This document shows positions 39,205 through 51,740 of a DNA stretch of 64,000 nucleotides, piece after piece. The DNA is from Lama guanicoe (taxonomy: Eukaryota), in the NCBI GenBank assembly GCA_013239625.1, contig MU054212.1, positions 5,428,270-5,492,269 of the forward strand, in the 5' to 3' direction. Under the pieces are notes generated by a model. The model was given only the letters and a program-made list of their open reading frames with translations, was not told the origin of the DNA and did not search any database. Each line of letters starts with the position of its first letter. The stretch's first letter is position 1. The position numbers and the translations under genes are program-made.

Positions 39205-39413
39205 ATCATTTTTGATGAACTCAAAGTCAGCTTATTAGGGACCTTAATTACCCTTGCAAAATCTTTCACTTTGCCATGTACCGTATTTACAGGAATGACA
39301 TCTCATCCCCTTTACCGCATTCTATCAGCTAGAAGGAAATTACAGGTTCTATCTACATTGAAGGAGAGGATGTGACTCACGTGGGTCATCTTAGACTTCA
39401 ACCTCCTGCAGCA
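39205..39413 (-). mobile_element. MLT1E-like LTR, 5' part
   Basis: tttgatgaactcaaagtcagcttattagggaccttaattacccttgcaaaatctttcactttgcca...gggtcatcttaga. Confidence 0.75.
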
Positions 39414-40099
39414 TGCTGTTTAAATTTTCTGATTCCTATTGCCTCTATGATGACTATGCTTTTTCACTTACTGTCCTGCCCAGAATTCACCCCTACACCC
39501 CCACAAGCATTTTAGAATAGATACACTCAATCCTGTGCTGTCTCTAGGACAGCATGTCTCGTAATGAACACACACAGGGAAGTATCATGCTCTGAAATAT
39601 TTTCTATAAAAATATATTTAGTATATGATACTACCCTGTGTGCATATGTATTTACATCTAATGGATTTCTTCAGCCAGTGACCAGAGAGGACTGAGCATG
39701 GCAACTGGACTCTTCATTTGTCATTGAGCCTTAGCACACTAGTCTACAAAGTTCTCAGTCAATAAACTTTCTATGGCTCTGCCCAATCTGCGAGTGTTCA
39801 GCCCTGTGTGTGGTTGCCATTAATTTATACTTTGGTAAATGGTTTTGATCCATAATTGCTGCCAAAAGTTGTATAAATAATCATGCAAAAATCAGAGAAA
39901 GAGAGGCATGATTAATGTCAAAATGAAAGTTTTTCACAAGAAATTGTAGAGCAAAGTAGAGAATAAAAATCATCAATTAGGCAGTGAGGAAAGTCGTTTG
40001 ATATTATGACAGCCATCATAAGTATTATTGTGTGAATTGTATAAAACATATTTGGAGAACCGTGGTCATGTGGCCTGAGGCCTGGCTCACCTTCAGGGT

Positions 40100-40505
40100 T
40101 GATGTGGACACCCTGAAGAAACGTGATGCGTCCCTAACCACCTGAAATTTAGTTTGACTATGAATGATTCTGCACACGCACCAGGAGGGTACAAAGAAGG
40201 ATTATTTCTGATATAATGAGGCTTTCAGGGAGAACAGGCAGGTCTCCGCAGATAGTCTGAAATGGCTTGAAAGAAGGGAAGTGAACTGGCTTGTGGTTTT
40301 TATTGTGCTTAGGATGTAGGGACAGGCTGAGGGAGTCCCACAGGCAGGTATGAGTTTATGTGGTTTGAATTTTCCACCAGGGGCAAGAGAGGGAGAATGC
40401 GGGCTGTCTTAGCTGGCACAGATATAGAGCGGAAAAAGGAGGGGTGAATCTTAAAAGCTGTCATCAGTCACGCTTCAAAAACATGAAGTCAGATTATTTA
40501 TTGCA
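40100..40505 (-). mobile_element. ERVL LTR, LTR47-like
   Basis: ggggtgaatcttaaaagctgtcatcagtcacgcttcaaaaacatgaagtcagattatttattgca resembles the reverse complement of the LTR47 start. Confidence 0.6.
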
Positions 40506-40692
40506 AAGGAATTTGGACCATTTGAGGAGATCTGTCAATGCATGATGTAGGGAATGAATTTGCATAGAGAGATTGTAAAGACACATATCTGAATTATTAC
40601 ATGCATCATATCCAGGGTTTCATAATTCACTCAACCCCCAAGGGCACACAGAAACACAAGTAATTGCCTATTTAATGTCCCTATTTATTAGC

Positions 40693-40813
40693 ACTAGACT
40701 CCGAATGACCTGAGGGCAGGAAACATATTTTCTATGCCTTGGTATTTCCAGATTCTAGCATGATGTCTGGCACATAGTGAATGTTCAATAAATATTTACT
40801 AAATAAATGAATC
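40693..40813 (+). mobile_element. L2 3' end
   Basis: ctgagggcaggaaac...tctagcatgatgtctggcacatagtgaatgttcaataaatatttactaaataaatgaat. Confidence 0.8.
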
Positions 40814-41806
40814 TATTAACTCTAATATACTATAGAATTTATTTTAAAACACTTGAGTGTAAATGATGTGATAGCTTGTAAAATCATTCACCCTTTGGGC
40901 AATTAGGTAAAATGTACAATATTTTAATCAGGATCACACCCTCCAAAGTGGTTGGTTAGCATTTTAAGCACTCTTATCAGAAGTTTGCATTCTAAAGGGA
41001 GCTTCTACAAAAGATTTATTTATTATTATTGTTTACCATAAGCATTTAAAAGGTATGAATGGGCATAAAAGATTTAGAAATGAAACTGAGTTGGTAGAAC
41101 ATGTCTTGTCCATGATATGTAGATCGACTGGAAACACATCACAGGTCCCGCAGCCCTGGCATGAGCGTGAGCTAAGAATTTAGCAAGTCTGGTGGCCCTC
41201 GATGTTTATAACTCAGAGCTCTGTTGAGCCTCCTCCTCAAAAATGTAGAGAAAAGTCTGAGCCTCGGGGCTCCTGGGTAAAGCTTTAGGCAGCCGAAGCC
41301 CACAGGCCAAGCATCTCTGACTTTGATTAACCTCATCTTTTTCCCACAGTTGTATGCCGAGAGGGTCATGATATGGGAAAGGTTAGAATGAGCTGCTCCA
41401 CATTACTGTTGCATCTACTTCAAGGGAGCTTTTCACAGAAGATCACTTGCTGGGGTGCCTAGATGGTCAGAGCTGGGGCCTCACGGAGCTCACAAGAACA
41501 TGAATGATGTTTTGTGCCTGCTGTCTAGAATCTGCTTTAAAGTATGCAGAATTTGGGTTGCAACTTGCTTTATTTTAATACACAGCCACGCAGTGAGAAT
41601 GCATGGGAAGCCTACGGCCTTCACCTACCCCCGATAATTAAAAGCCACTGATAGCACCAGAAGGACACTTAATAAAAGGAAACCACCAGAATGGCTTGGA
41701 TAAGCTCACAGCATCCCAGCTCTAAAATATACTTGTTTATTATCATCTAAAGGAGCATTCCTTAAGACTTTTCGACTCAAAATTAAGAAATAGTTCATGA
41801 GGAGGG

Positions 41807-42232
41807 TCTTATTAGCTTCCTAGGGCTGTCGTAATTAAGTATGACAAATTGGATAGCTTAAAAATGACAGACATGTATTGTCTCACAGTTCTGGGAGCTA
41901 GAAGTCCAAACTCAAGATGCTGACTCTTCCTCTGATACCTTTAGGGCTCCTTCCACGCCGCTCCCTGTGTTCCAGTGGCATTCTCTGGCTTGTAGATACA
42001 TCACTCAGGTCTTCTGACATCCCATGGCCTTCTCTCTTCACATAGCTGTCTTCTTATAAAGGTACCAGACACATTGGGGTAGGAGTTCACCCTCCTTCAG
42101 TAAAACCTCACATTAACTTAACCAACTCCATCTGCAATGACACTATTTCTAACCAAGGTCACCTTCTGAGGCACTGGAACTCAGGACTTCAGCATGTCTT
42201 TTTAGGGGGAGAACACATTTCAACACGTAACA
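41807..42232 (-). mobile_element. MaLR LTR, MLT1B/C-like
   Basis: tattagcttcctagggctgtcgtaa...ctcacagttctgggagctagaagtccaaa...catctgcaatgacactatttctaa...caacacgtaaca. Confidence 0.88.
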
Positions 42233-42496
42233 GAGTTTATTTGTGAACTTGCCCATCCTGAAAGAGAGCTGATTTTTGATTTATTAATCAAAAGTGTTTT
42301 TTGAGTTTCTCTTATGCAACAGAACTAAAATCTCACTCCTTGCTCTCAGTGAGTTGTTAGTCTAACACATAAGCAAAGAAATGCTGCAAAGTCACTGTTC
42401 TAATGGAAGAATGTGCCTCACTATGCTGAAGCATAAGATTTGAGAGATGGAACTAATTGTAACAGATTGTGTTACCATTTTATTGAAAATTAAAAC

Positions 42497-42528
42497 ATAC
42501 ACACGCACACACACACACATACACACAT
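42497..42528. repeat. Imperfect (CA)n microsatellite
   Basis: catacacacgcacacacacacacatacacaca. Confidence 0.85.
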
Positions 42529-43619
42529 TGCCCTAAATTCTAAAATGCTCTAAGCTCCTATTAAGAACTTTCATTTCTCCTGAAAAGAAAGCAAGACTTT
42601 TTAAATATCTCACAGAAAATAAGGCTAATAGCATAGTGAGATGATTCAGCAATTTTGGAAACAGTTTTGGATGCAAAAGAACCAGTACCCGTTTTTCAGC
42701 TCACATGTCCGCGTTATAGGAAGTGATTAGTACGGTCAGCCCCAGAGGAGAAAACGTGACAATAGCATTTTTGTTTTCTCCAACAGATCAAATCATATTC
42801 TAAGCCTGTCACCAAGAAAGCATTTTTCCTTTGAAATACAATTTCTAATAAGTTTAATAATTATATAATCCCTTTTTCCTATGCACTTAAATTTAACATC
42901 AGAAAGTCAGAGCAACACATTCATTTCCTATAAAGAAGAAATAAGAGCAATGATACTAACAAAACCTCAGTTTTGCTCCTCAGTGGTACAGATGAGAAGG
43001 TCCAGAAAGATATTCAGAAAAGCTTTTCAGTCCACACTCAAGCCTTGGGTTGCAATGTGCAGGGTCCTCCACAGACAGGGAATCTTTGCAACTCACTCCC
43101 TTGCTCCTCAACTGGTGGGCGGCCTGGTTTTCATCCATAGGGCATCCGAGGTACTCTCCATCACCTCGAAACTGGTCTCTGAGGCTCTTAAACTGTCTCT
43201 CTCTCCTTCCCACCCACCCTGCACGGTCAACCCTCTTCTCCTTAGCCTCAGAGCCAGAGGCCTCGTCATTTCTTTCCAGCGGTTTACCTTCTCTGACGCT
43301 GAAGAGGGACTTCAGAACTAGGCACCTGGAAGCATTTCCTTTGTGGATTATGCTAAAGATATCTGTCTCTTTCTTTGTTACAAACTGCACTGGGATGGGG
43401 AGGCAGGGTGCAGGCGGAAGCCTTCCCTCCCCTTAACGTGGGCAGTGCCTGGTTCCAGAATTGAGGATGGCAAGGACTATGCTCCAGCTGCAGGGGGAGG
43501 GGGAGAAAAAAATCTCCCCATATGTAACTTGGAGGAAAAATGTGATGTCCTATAAAACCTGGGACAGAAAACATAAATTCTAACCATGTCCCTTTATAGT
43601 GTAAGCTTCTCTTATATAT

Positions 43620-43738
43620 GCCACAGGAAGAGATACTGTGAAAGAAAGAAGGAAAAAAAGAAAAAGAAAGAAAGAAGGAAGGTAAGAAAGAGAAAGAAAA
43701 AAGAAAGAGAAAGGAAGGAGAAGAAAAAGTAAAGAAAA
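43620..43738. repeat. Polypurine (GAAA/GAAG)n low-complexity tract
   Basis: About 120 bp almost entirely A/G. Confidence 0.9.
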
Positions 43739-44472
43739 CACGAATTATTCTCTCAAACTATAGCAAAAATGTTGTCACTTATATTGGTATTCTGAGACAT
43801 GAAACAGGGCAGGAATTTCTACTGACATTAAGAATTGAAAGATTAATGACAATACAGTTTTTTTCTCTTTGAGCTATTCATAGAAAAATTAATATGTATC
43901 ACCTTTTAACACTAATATTAAATATATTTGATTTATTTTTAAGGTAAAACAAAAAACCTTAAGTTAATGGGTTTTTTCAATTTTCTAATATCGTAAATGT
44001 CTTCATAATATAAATATTTTCTAAGTATAAGAAATTTTTTAAAAAATAGATATTATGTAAATTCTCTCTCACCTTCTTATCTTAGATAATTTTTTTCTGA
44101 ATCACTATAATTTAGTATTAAAGTAAATGGTCTACCAGAGGTATTTTGTGTAGAAATTTTTAAATAGGGTGATAGGATTATAAAACAAATTCTCCAAGTC
44201 TGGTGAATATTAACAGAAAGAGAATTGCCCTATGCAGATGGTACTTCAATGAAAGAATTTATCTCCTACCAGGAGCCTTGAATAGTCATGTTTTACATTC
44301 CCACTGGCCAAAGTGTGCAACCTACAGATTCACAATGAGTTTGGAAGATCAAATTCACTGAATTTACCACTCTATTAATAACGTACTTTACTGCCATAAA
44401 TAGAGTTTGCAGCCTAGTTGCAGCAGAGTTTCCAAGACATGTTTCCAAGTGTATTTTTTATTTTAACGTGAA

Positions 44473-44900
44473 CGTGGCAGGCAAAATAACGGCCCCCACC
44501 AGAGGCACTGTTTCTCCGTCCTCAGAACCCGTATGTGACTTTACAGGGTAAAAGGGACTTTGTGGGTGTGATTAAATTAATGGTCTTGCGATGGGGAGAT
44601 TTTACTAGATTTTCCGGGTGTGTGGAATATAATCACGAGGGTCCTTGTAAGAGGGAGGCAGTGGGTGAGCTCGGAGAAGGGGAAGGGACCCAGAGGGGAG
44701 GGAACACAGCTTTTAGAAGCCAGAAGTGCCAAGGAATGGACTCTCTCCTCCAGCCTCCAGAAGGAACTCAGCCTTTGATTTTAATCCTGTAGGACCCATT
44801 CCAGACTTTGAACCTTCAGACTATAAAAGAATAAATTCGTGTTGTTTTCATCCGCCAAATTTGTTGTAGTTTGTTGCTGTCGCTATCGGAGACTAACACC
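44473..44900 (+). mobile_element. MaLR LTR, MLT1D-like
   Basis: gtggcaggcaaaataacggccccc...aaaagggactttgtgggtgtgattaaattaa...ctccagcctccagaaggaac...agaataaattcgtgttgtttt. Confidence 0.88.
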
Positions 44901-44959
44901 ATGGGTTATGTCATTCGGTATAAGAGAACCCACAAAGTCTGGTATCGGAGAGCTCATCT

Positions 44960-45190
44960 CTTAAGAGCTTAGGCTCTGAATGCAGACGGGTCTAGTTAGA
45001 ATACGCCGCGCTGCCTCCCATCAGATTCTCCCAGGCTAGGCGATTAGCATCCTCCAGCCTAAATGTTTCTTATTCGTAAAATGGGCATTAAAATAGGGTT
45101 TTGTAAAGATTAAAGGAGGTATTTGTAAAGCACTTTAAATCATGTCTACGTCTTAGCAAGGCCTTGCTACAAATATTAGCCACTGTTATC
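44960..45190 (+). mobile_element. MIR SINE
   Basis: ttaagagcttaggctctgaatgcagac...gtttcttattcgtaaaatgggc...gtaaagattaaa...tgtaaagcactt. Confidence 0.75.
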
Positions 45191-46814
45191 ACATATGATA
45201 AATGTATTAGCACCAATTTTTACCAGACATTTAGAGAGTTTTGGGGGGTTTTTTTGTTTTGTTTTGTTTTTTTACCATTTTCAAGTGAACACTGGAACCA
45301 CCTTACCTTAGATGGCTCTTATCATCCCCTCACTGCTGTGAAAGAAATGAAACTTCAAAAGTTGAATTGAACCAAGTTATCCAGAGCCATTCTCACAATT
45401 TTATGGCTAAATATGAAGCAGAAGTTAGAAGTGCTGATTCTGAGGAATGTGATATGTGATCCATCTATAACATCGCAAAACAGAGGGAAGAACAGAAGAT
45501 TAAATTGTAACTTAGATCACATTTTTTCAAAATATTCTTTTTTCAGAAACAAAAGCATAATCAGGCAATTTGTAGTCAGCTTTCTATTATAGGTACCAAA
45601 TCATACTCTTGGAAAACTTGAAGGTAATCGACTTTTTATTCATTTTTAAATACCTGGAGCCATAACTTTAACCTACCTTATAAAACAAATGTGGCTTTTT
45701 ATTTTCACATCAGGATATTTTTAAAAGGTTAGTGTGAAGTGCCTATAAATATGCAAAGATTTCAACAGCTAAGACAAACATCTCAGTAAATAACTTAATT
45801 GAGCTGTGAATATTTAGTGATTGAAATCCGATTACTTTCTGGCTTAATTTGTGTACTGCTTGACTGCTCTGCAGTTTCAGGCAATTTAACAATGTAGACA
45901 GTATATGGAGATGGAATGTTAAGTAGTGAGTGAGGCATTCAAAGTGAAAACGTCGGCGTTGTGTTCATTTTTTTTAAGCATCTCACTGAGTGGGATGCAG
46001 CCTCGATTTAAAGGCTCTAAGTCGGCAGAATATATAAAAGTCACGGATGACACAGATTCCCTCCCCCCACATCTTTGGGTAATTAGTTTTACCCTCTTGT
46101 TGAATTTTGGTGATCATTAGGCTCATGAGGATTAATAGCATAGCACACAAAATCACCTTCACCCCTGTAAAACCCAGCTCTCTCTCTGATGGTAGACAAG
46201 TAGGGTTAGTGAGCTTCTGCGATGACCTCATGCTTTCAGCAGACATTCAGCGCACAGGCTCTTCTGAGAGATTCCTTGTTATCCTAAAACCCAGCTAAAT
46301 GGATTCTGATATCTTACAGCGCTGTATACCCAGAGACAGTGAAATTTAAGAGGGATAAGTTAGGTCAGTAAAGAGCATATTTGAACATTGTGTGCCAAAC
46401 AAACTGGAGTTTTTCCTCCATGTCTTTTTAAAAGGACATTCCAGAATATTGCTTCTGTCATCAGTTTATTTTATTCTACATTCAAAATGAAGCCATCAGT
46501 CAGTCTCTCCCTCTCCACCCTCAGCTCTCTAGGCTCAACTGCTTGAATTAATGCAAGAATCCGTTTTTCTACATCAATCTCATCCCCCGATCCCGACTCC
46601 ATTCTTCTCATGGAAGCCAAATGATCTCTTCAAAAACCAGTCGTGTTACTGTCATCTCAAAACCTGACTATGTCTTCTTGGGCCCAAAGTCCTTACTATG
46701 AGCCGCAGGGCTCTCCTGTTTGGACGGCTGCCCACCTCTTTATTTATACCAGCGTATCCACGTGTAACCAATATAACAGTATCAATAAGATAATTTATCT
46801 CTCTTTTGTCATAC

Positions 46815-46912
46815 TAAATAGTCAAAATCTGAATTGACAGGTCTCCATTCAGACCAGCCACACATCTAGACCTCAACAGCCACACGCAGTGCTTGTGCTG
46901 GACGGCATAGTC
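46815..46912. mobile_element. MER3/MER33-like hAT fragment
   Basis: ccagccacacatctagacctcaacagccacacg...tgctggacggcatag. Confidence 0.45.
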
Positions 46913-48486
46913 CTAGAAAACCGAATTGTTAATGCCAATGAGAATATCAGATGAGGAGAAACAAAGGTTGTTAAATGAACTGTTTCCTCCACAGGCTAGA
47001 AAATAATTTTCTAGAGTCAAAAAAGTGCCTAAGAAGTAGAATCCTCCAAACTAATAAGTATGCATTTCTAAGCTAAATTGCTTTATGTCAATATAGATTG
47101 CAATTAGCAATCTAGTAAATTCTAATAACTCAGATTTAATAGTTGTTCCTTTTATGAGTGTTACCTTTTTGTTTTATAATTATGACATACTAGTGTTGTA
47201 ACAAATTATGAAGTTTCAGTATAAGTACTACATATTAAATGTGTCTTTACCAACAAAGAAGTATTTCATGAAAACCGTTTTTGGTATTTATAACTAAATT
47301 AAAGCAACAGTAAACACAATAGCAATTTCATAATTATTGTGATAAGCATGGGATAATTGTAGGAGCTAATAACATCTATCCTTCAAATATTGTAACTTCG
47401 CTATTAGAGGAACTTAAAATGGATTTAAACATGTTCTAATTTTTATTTTCAATAATTTAAAAAGACGGGAAACTGCTAAAATTGATTGCAGTGTGAGCAA
47501 AAACTACATTCAATTAGTTCTGTCCTAAATTAGCTTATTGTCTGGTTGATTATATTTTTTCGGCTTTTATGTTACTGAGAACTATGCAATTGTTCAGTCA
47601 CGAAAGACCATTTACATTCGGTGCTTTTAAATGGTCCTTTGGACTTACTAAATAAAATTCTGAACGCCGAGGTCTAAATTGCAGTGATCATTTAGCAAGT
47701 GACTGATGGTCATCTATGCCCAGAGCAGAAACATCTCTTCAAAGTAATCAGTGGTCACAGGCACAGCCAGAAATAGGAATTTAAGTAGAATTTCACTTAA
47801 ACTATCTACATCTCAAATGCAGAATTAACACGAATCATTATTCCCTGAAATGAGGAGCTGTTGTTGGCAAATTACTAGGAAAGAGCCGTGTTAGGAGAGC
47901 TTGGCAAACCTTGCTTTCTCAGTACTAACATGTTTTAGCTGCAGCCTGGAGAGGCGATTTCTTGAGTTCTCGATCAACGCAGGGTTATCCCTGTCTGTGA
48001 CTGAGATATAACTTCGCATTTCAAGTAGACACCATTTTCCTGAAAGCCATGTGACACTCCAACCTGCGGGTGCTCTTCCCCCTCGTTATAAACACAGAAT
48101 CCCATGAAATCATCCGTCCCTTGTGGTCCTGTCCTGAGTACAGTTTCATTGTCACTCTTCCAACTACTTCTGGCTTGATTCTAACATCTTTCCAAGCTTC
48201 CATTCAGTCTCTTAGATCTTCAGAGGCTGTTTCTAGATCCTTCCTGGAGGATCCCATCTCCCATCTTAATCCGCACGTCCTTCCCAGGAATTAGCTGAGC
48301 CTGAGCCTTTCTGCTGATGGTTGTTCTTTCTTCTTTCAATAAGGTTTTGTGACATTATAAAAAAAGCACACGCCCAAGGTCAGTATGTTCATCTACATAT
48401 GTGTGAATAAACCTGCGAACTTGATAAACCCGGTATTCTGGCTTTCTTCAAATTGTGCAGAAGAAATAAAAGGCCCAGTGTCTACA

Positions 48487-48640
48487 AAGCAATACTTCCC
48501 AACCCCAGCTGCACAGGAGGGTCACATGCAGGGACCTGGGTCCTCCCTCAGGGATTCTGATTTAAACGGCCTGGGGTGAGGCCCAAGCCTCTGTATTCCT
48601 AAAAGTAACTCTAATGTACATTCAAGAATAAAAACGCACC
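48487..48640. mobile_element. MER5-like MITE
   Basis: cctcagggattctgatttaaacggcctggggtgaggcccaagcctctgtatt. Confidence 0.6.
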
Positions 48641-49049
48641 CTAAAGGGTCAGAGGAGCCTTGAGTAAGAAAGTCACTACCAGCTTAGACACCGTGGACAG
48701 AAAGTGCAGAGAACAGACGTTGCGAAGAGGACCTGCCCAGGAGGGAGGGCCGAGAGTAGCCGGTGAAGTGAAAACCAGGATGGGGAAGGCTGTCTCTGTT
48801 AAAGCTTAAAGGCTCTTTGTGAGTAATTTATAATCAGAATTAAAAACAGAATTAGAAACAGAAAGATATTAAGGAGGTACTTAGTGACTTAAACTGCCCA
48901 CAAAGTGTAAATTAAAATAATGAATCAAGCCAAAATCAATTAAAATTTTTTTTTCATATGTTAAAGAGAGATAATAAACTGACTCTTAAAAAGATAGATG
49001 GTCAAAATTAATGTGTGAATGAACTGATTTGAAAAAATCCCTTCTCTGG

Positions 49050-50420
49050 ACCGTGTGGCTACCTCTGCCTTCTCGCCTCCTCCTCTTCCCTCCACAGTCC
49101 ACCAGCATCGCTGAGAAATTGCTTCTTTGCCTCCAATTCACTTGTCCACTCACTGGGACTCTAAGGGCACATTCACCCAGGTCACCAGTGAGCTCTTGAT
49201 TGGTAATTTCCATGGGTCTCTTTTAGTCATCTTGCAGGGACTCAAGCAGGTTTTGACGGAGTTAACCATTCTCTTAAATTCCTCTCTCTTCCCCTGGCTT
49301 TTGTGACACTACCTTATTGAATCTCCTCCTGGATCTTGGAAAATCTTACTATGTTTGCCTTTAGTGGTTGATCTGTCCCTTACCATCCCATTCTTATTGC
49401 TCTCGGGACTCTGTCTTTGGCCACATCCCATAAATCACACTTCACCCAGGCATTTTTATCAACTTTTATGGTTTCAGCTACTCTTAAGAGGATGGTGACA
49501 TAAACATCTTTGTCTCCTGCCCGGACATCCAGCCCAAGCTCTGGAACCTGCATGTTCTGTCCTGGCTTTCACAGGCCATTGCACTCAATATGCTCCAAAC
49601 CGAACTCACGCCCTTTCTCCCAACTTTTATTACCACGTTCCCTCCGTTGTTCTAGTCAGAATTAAAAAAGGATTCTTGACTTATTTTCGCTTCCCCCCTT
49701 ATGAAATACGTCATCTTGCTCCACAAAATATGATCTAAAGACTGAGAGCTTTGACACCGTCTGAGAGCTTATTAGAAGTGCGGAATCTCAGCCCTCACCC
49801 TAGACCTACTGAATCAGAATCTGAACGTTTTGCACAATCCTCTATTTATTCTTCCCTACGGTGAAGTTCAAGAAGCACTGCTCTACAATTATTCACACCT
49901 TAAAAACTCTCTAATTCAACTCCCGCTCTCCACCTCTGCTGCTACTGTCATAATCCAGGCCACGAGTTCTCAAAATCAGCTGCACATTTCAGCACTCAGG
50001 AAAGGTTTTTAAATACCCATGCCAGCTTCTACCCCTGGAGATTCTGCTTTAATTCATCTCGAGTGGAGTCCAGGAATCAGTCATTTTGAAAAATTCCCAG
50101 GTTGTTTTATTGGGGAGCCAACACCCAACAGCTGCTCATATAAGCCATTGTCACCCTTCAGTTAGATTATTCTAGTGTCTCCTAACCGGTCTCTCAGTCT
50201 TCAGTCTTCCTAATTGTCCTTATTCATAATAGAGTGGTCGTTCTCAAAATCTGTGTCTCAGTGGCTGACGTTGACTCCAGCATTAAGCACACACACCGAG
50301 CTAGACAGTCCACACCATCTGTTCCCAACTGTTTATCCAGAGTCGTTTCTCACTATACCCCCTCCTCCCCTCGTGCCCTTCTGCATCCCGATCATACTGA
50401 CTTGTTCGCAGTTCACCAAC
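49050..50420 (+). mobile_element. Degenerate L2 with two nested MER5-like MITEs (about 49735-49890 and 49965-50135)
   Basis: L2-like CT-rich text (ccaggtcaccagtgagctc, ctccaaaccgaactc); gaatctcagccctcaccctagacctactgaatcagaatctg and ccctggagattctgctttaattcatct are MER5A1/MER5B-like. Confidence 0.6.
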
Positions 50421-50451
50421 TGGGCCATGGTGTTTTGTGGCTGTTCCTGCT

Positions 50452-51120
50452 CTTTTAACAGCTTTATCGAGGTATAGATGAGATAAAAGAGACGTACATA
50501 TTTAATTTGTATGATTGGATGAATGTGGACATCTTCCATCACCACGATGAAGAGACATATCCAGCACCTCCCAGAGTTTCCTGTGCCCCTTTGTTTTTGT
50601 ATTGTGTGCATGTGTAGGGTGTGTGTGTGTGTCTGTGGTGAGAATGCTTAACATGAGAGCTCTCCTAACATATTTTGAAGTGCACGATATTCTTTTGTTA
50701 ACTACAGACACTAGACACTGTGTTGTACCGCAGATTTCTAGACCTGATTGACCTTGCATGACTGCATCCCTATACCCACTGAAAACCTCCTCATTTCCCC
50801 CAACCCCCAGCTCCCAGCAACCACTTTTGTATTCTCTGCTTCTATGAATTTGACTGTTTTAGATATGTCATATATGTGGAATCATGAGTATTTCTTCCTC
50901 TGTGACTGGCGTATGTCACTTAGCATAATGTCCTCAAGGTTCATCCATGTTGTCACAGATGGGGATTTCCTTCATTGATTACAATTGACTAATATTCCAT
51001 TGTGTGTGTGTGTGGGTATATATATACACACACACCACATTTTCTTTATTCATTCATCCACCAATGGACACGTGGATTGCTTCCACATCTTAGTTATTGT
51101 GAATAATGCTGCAGTAAAAA
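50452..51120 (-). mobile_element. L1MA10-like 3' end
   Basis: aacagctttatcgaggtatag...gtggtgagaatgcttaacatgagag...tcacttagcataatgtcctcaaggttcatccatgttgtc. Confidence 0.9.
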
Positions 51121-51519
51121 TGCCTCTGTTCTTAATGCCTCCTCTACCTGTAATGGCTTTCCTGGCCCCAATACAGAGAATCAAGCCTTCGAATACTCAG
51201 TTTAAGTATCACATTCTCTGTTCCACCTGTCCTGATCCTCCCCTTTTTCCTAAGAAATGTGTCTGCTGTGCCCTCTTTACCCAAAGGAGACACCACTCAT
51301 CAGTGGATGGACGCTATCAGGGATAGAATTTGGAGAACTTCAAAACCTAATCTATACTAAAAGGAGGAACTGATGTGACATGAGAAAATTTTGGTATAAT
51401 TTATTTATTAAATATCTACTGAGTAGCTCCTGTATGTTAGGCATACAGGACTTTAAGCCAATTCCTGATAGTAAAGATGTTAACATGTGAAAAAAAATAA
51501 AACAAGCAAGCAGCAATGA

Positions 51520-51740
51520 TACCTAATATTTACTTAATACTTGCTTCATGTTAGACAGTGTCTTTAACCCTCATGTAAACTCTAGAAGGTAGATATGATT
51601 AAAAGTTTTGCACCATAAATGAGAGCAGCAAGGTTTCATGATTTGCTCAAGGGTAGCCAGCTAACAGGTGGGAAAGGTGGGGTTCAAACCAGGTATGGTC
51701 TAGCTCTCAAGACCCCGCTCTTAAGAACTGCCCTCTGCTA
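51520..51740 (-). mobile_element. MIR SINE
   Basis: atttacttaatacttgcttcatgttagacagtg...tgatttgctcaagg...ggggttcaaaccagg...gctcttaa. Confidence 0.65.

Noticed and set aside
42881..43436. Three overlapping ORFs of 128-146 aa on both strands
   Set aside because: No recognisable homology or clear splice boundaries; locally higher GC lowers stop frequency. It may be an old LTR remnant; BLASTx or PhyloCSF would settle it
45154..45169. Perfect 16-bp palindrome tagcaaggccttgcta
   Set aside because: About one such palindrome is expected by chance in 64 kb (4^-8 per position), and it lies in a MIR remnant
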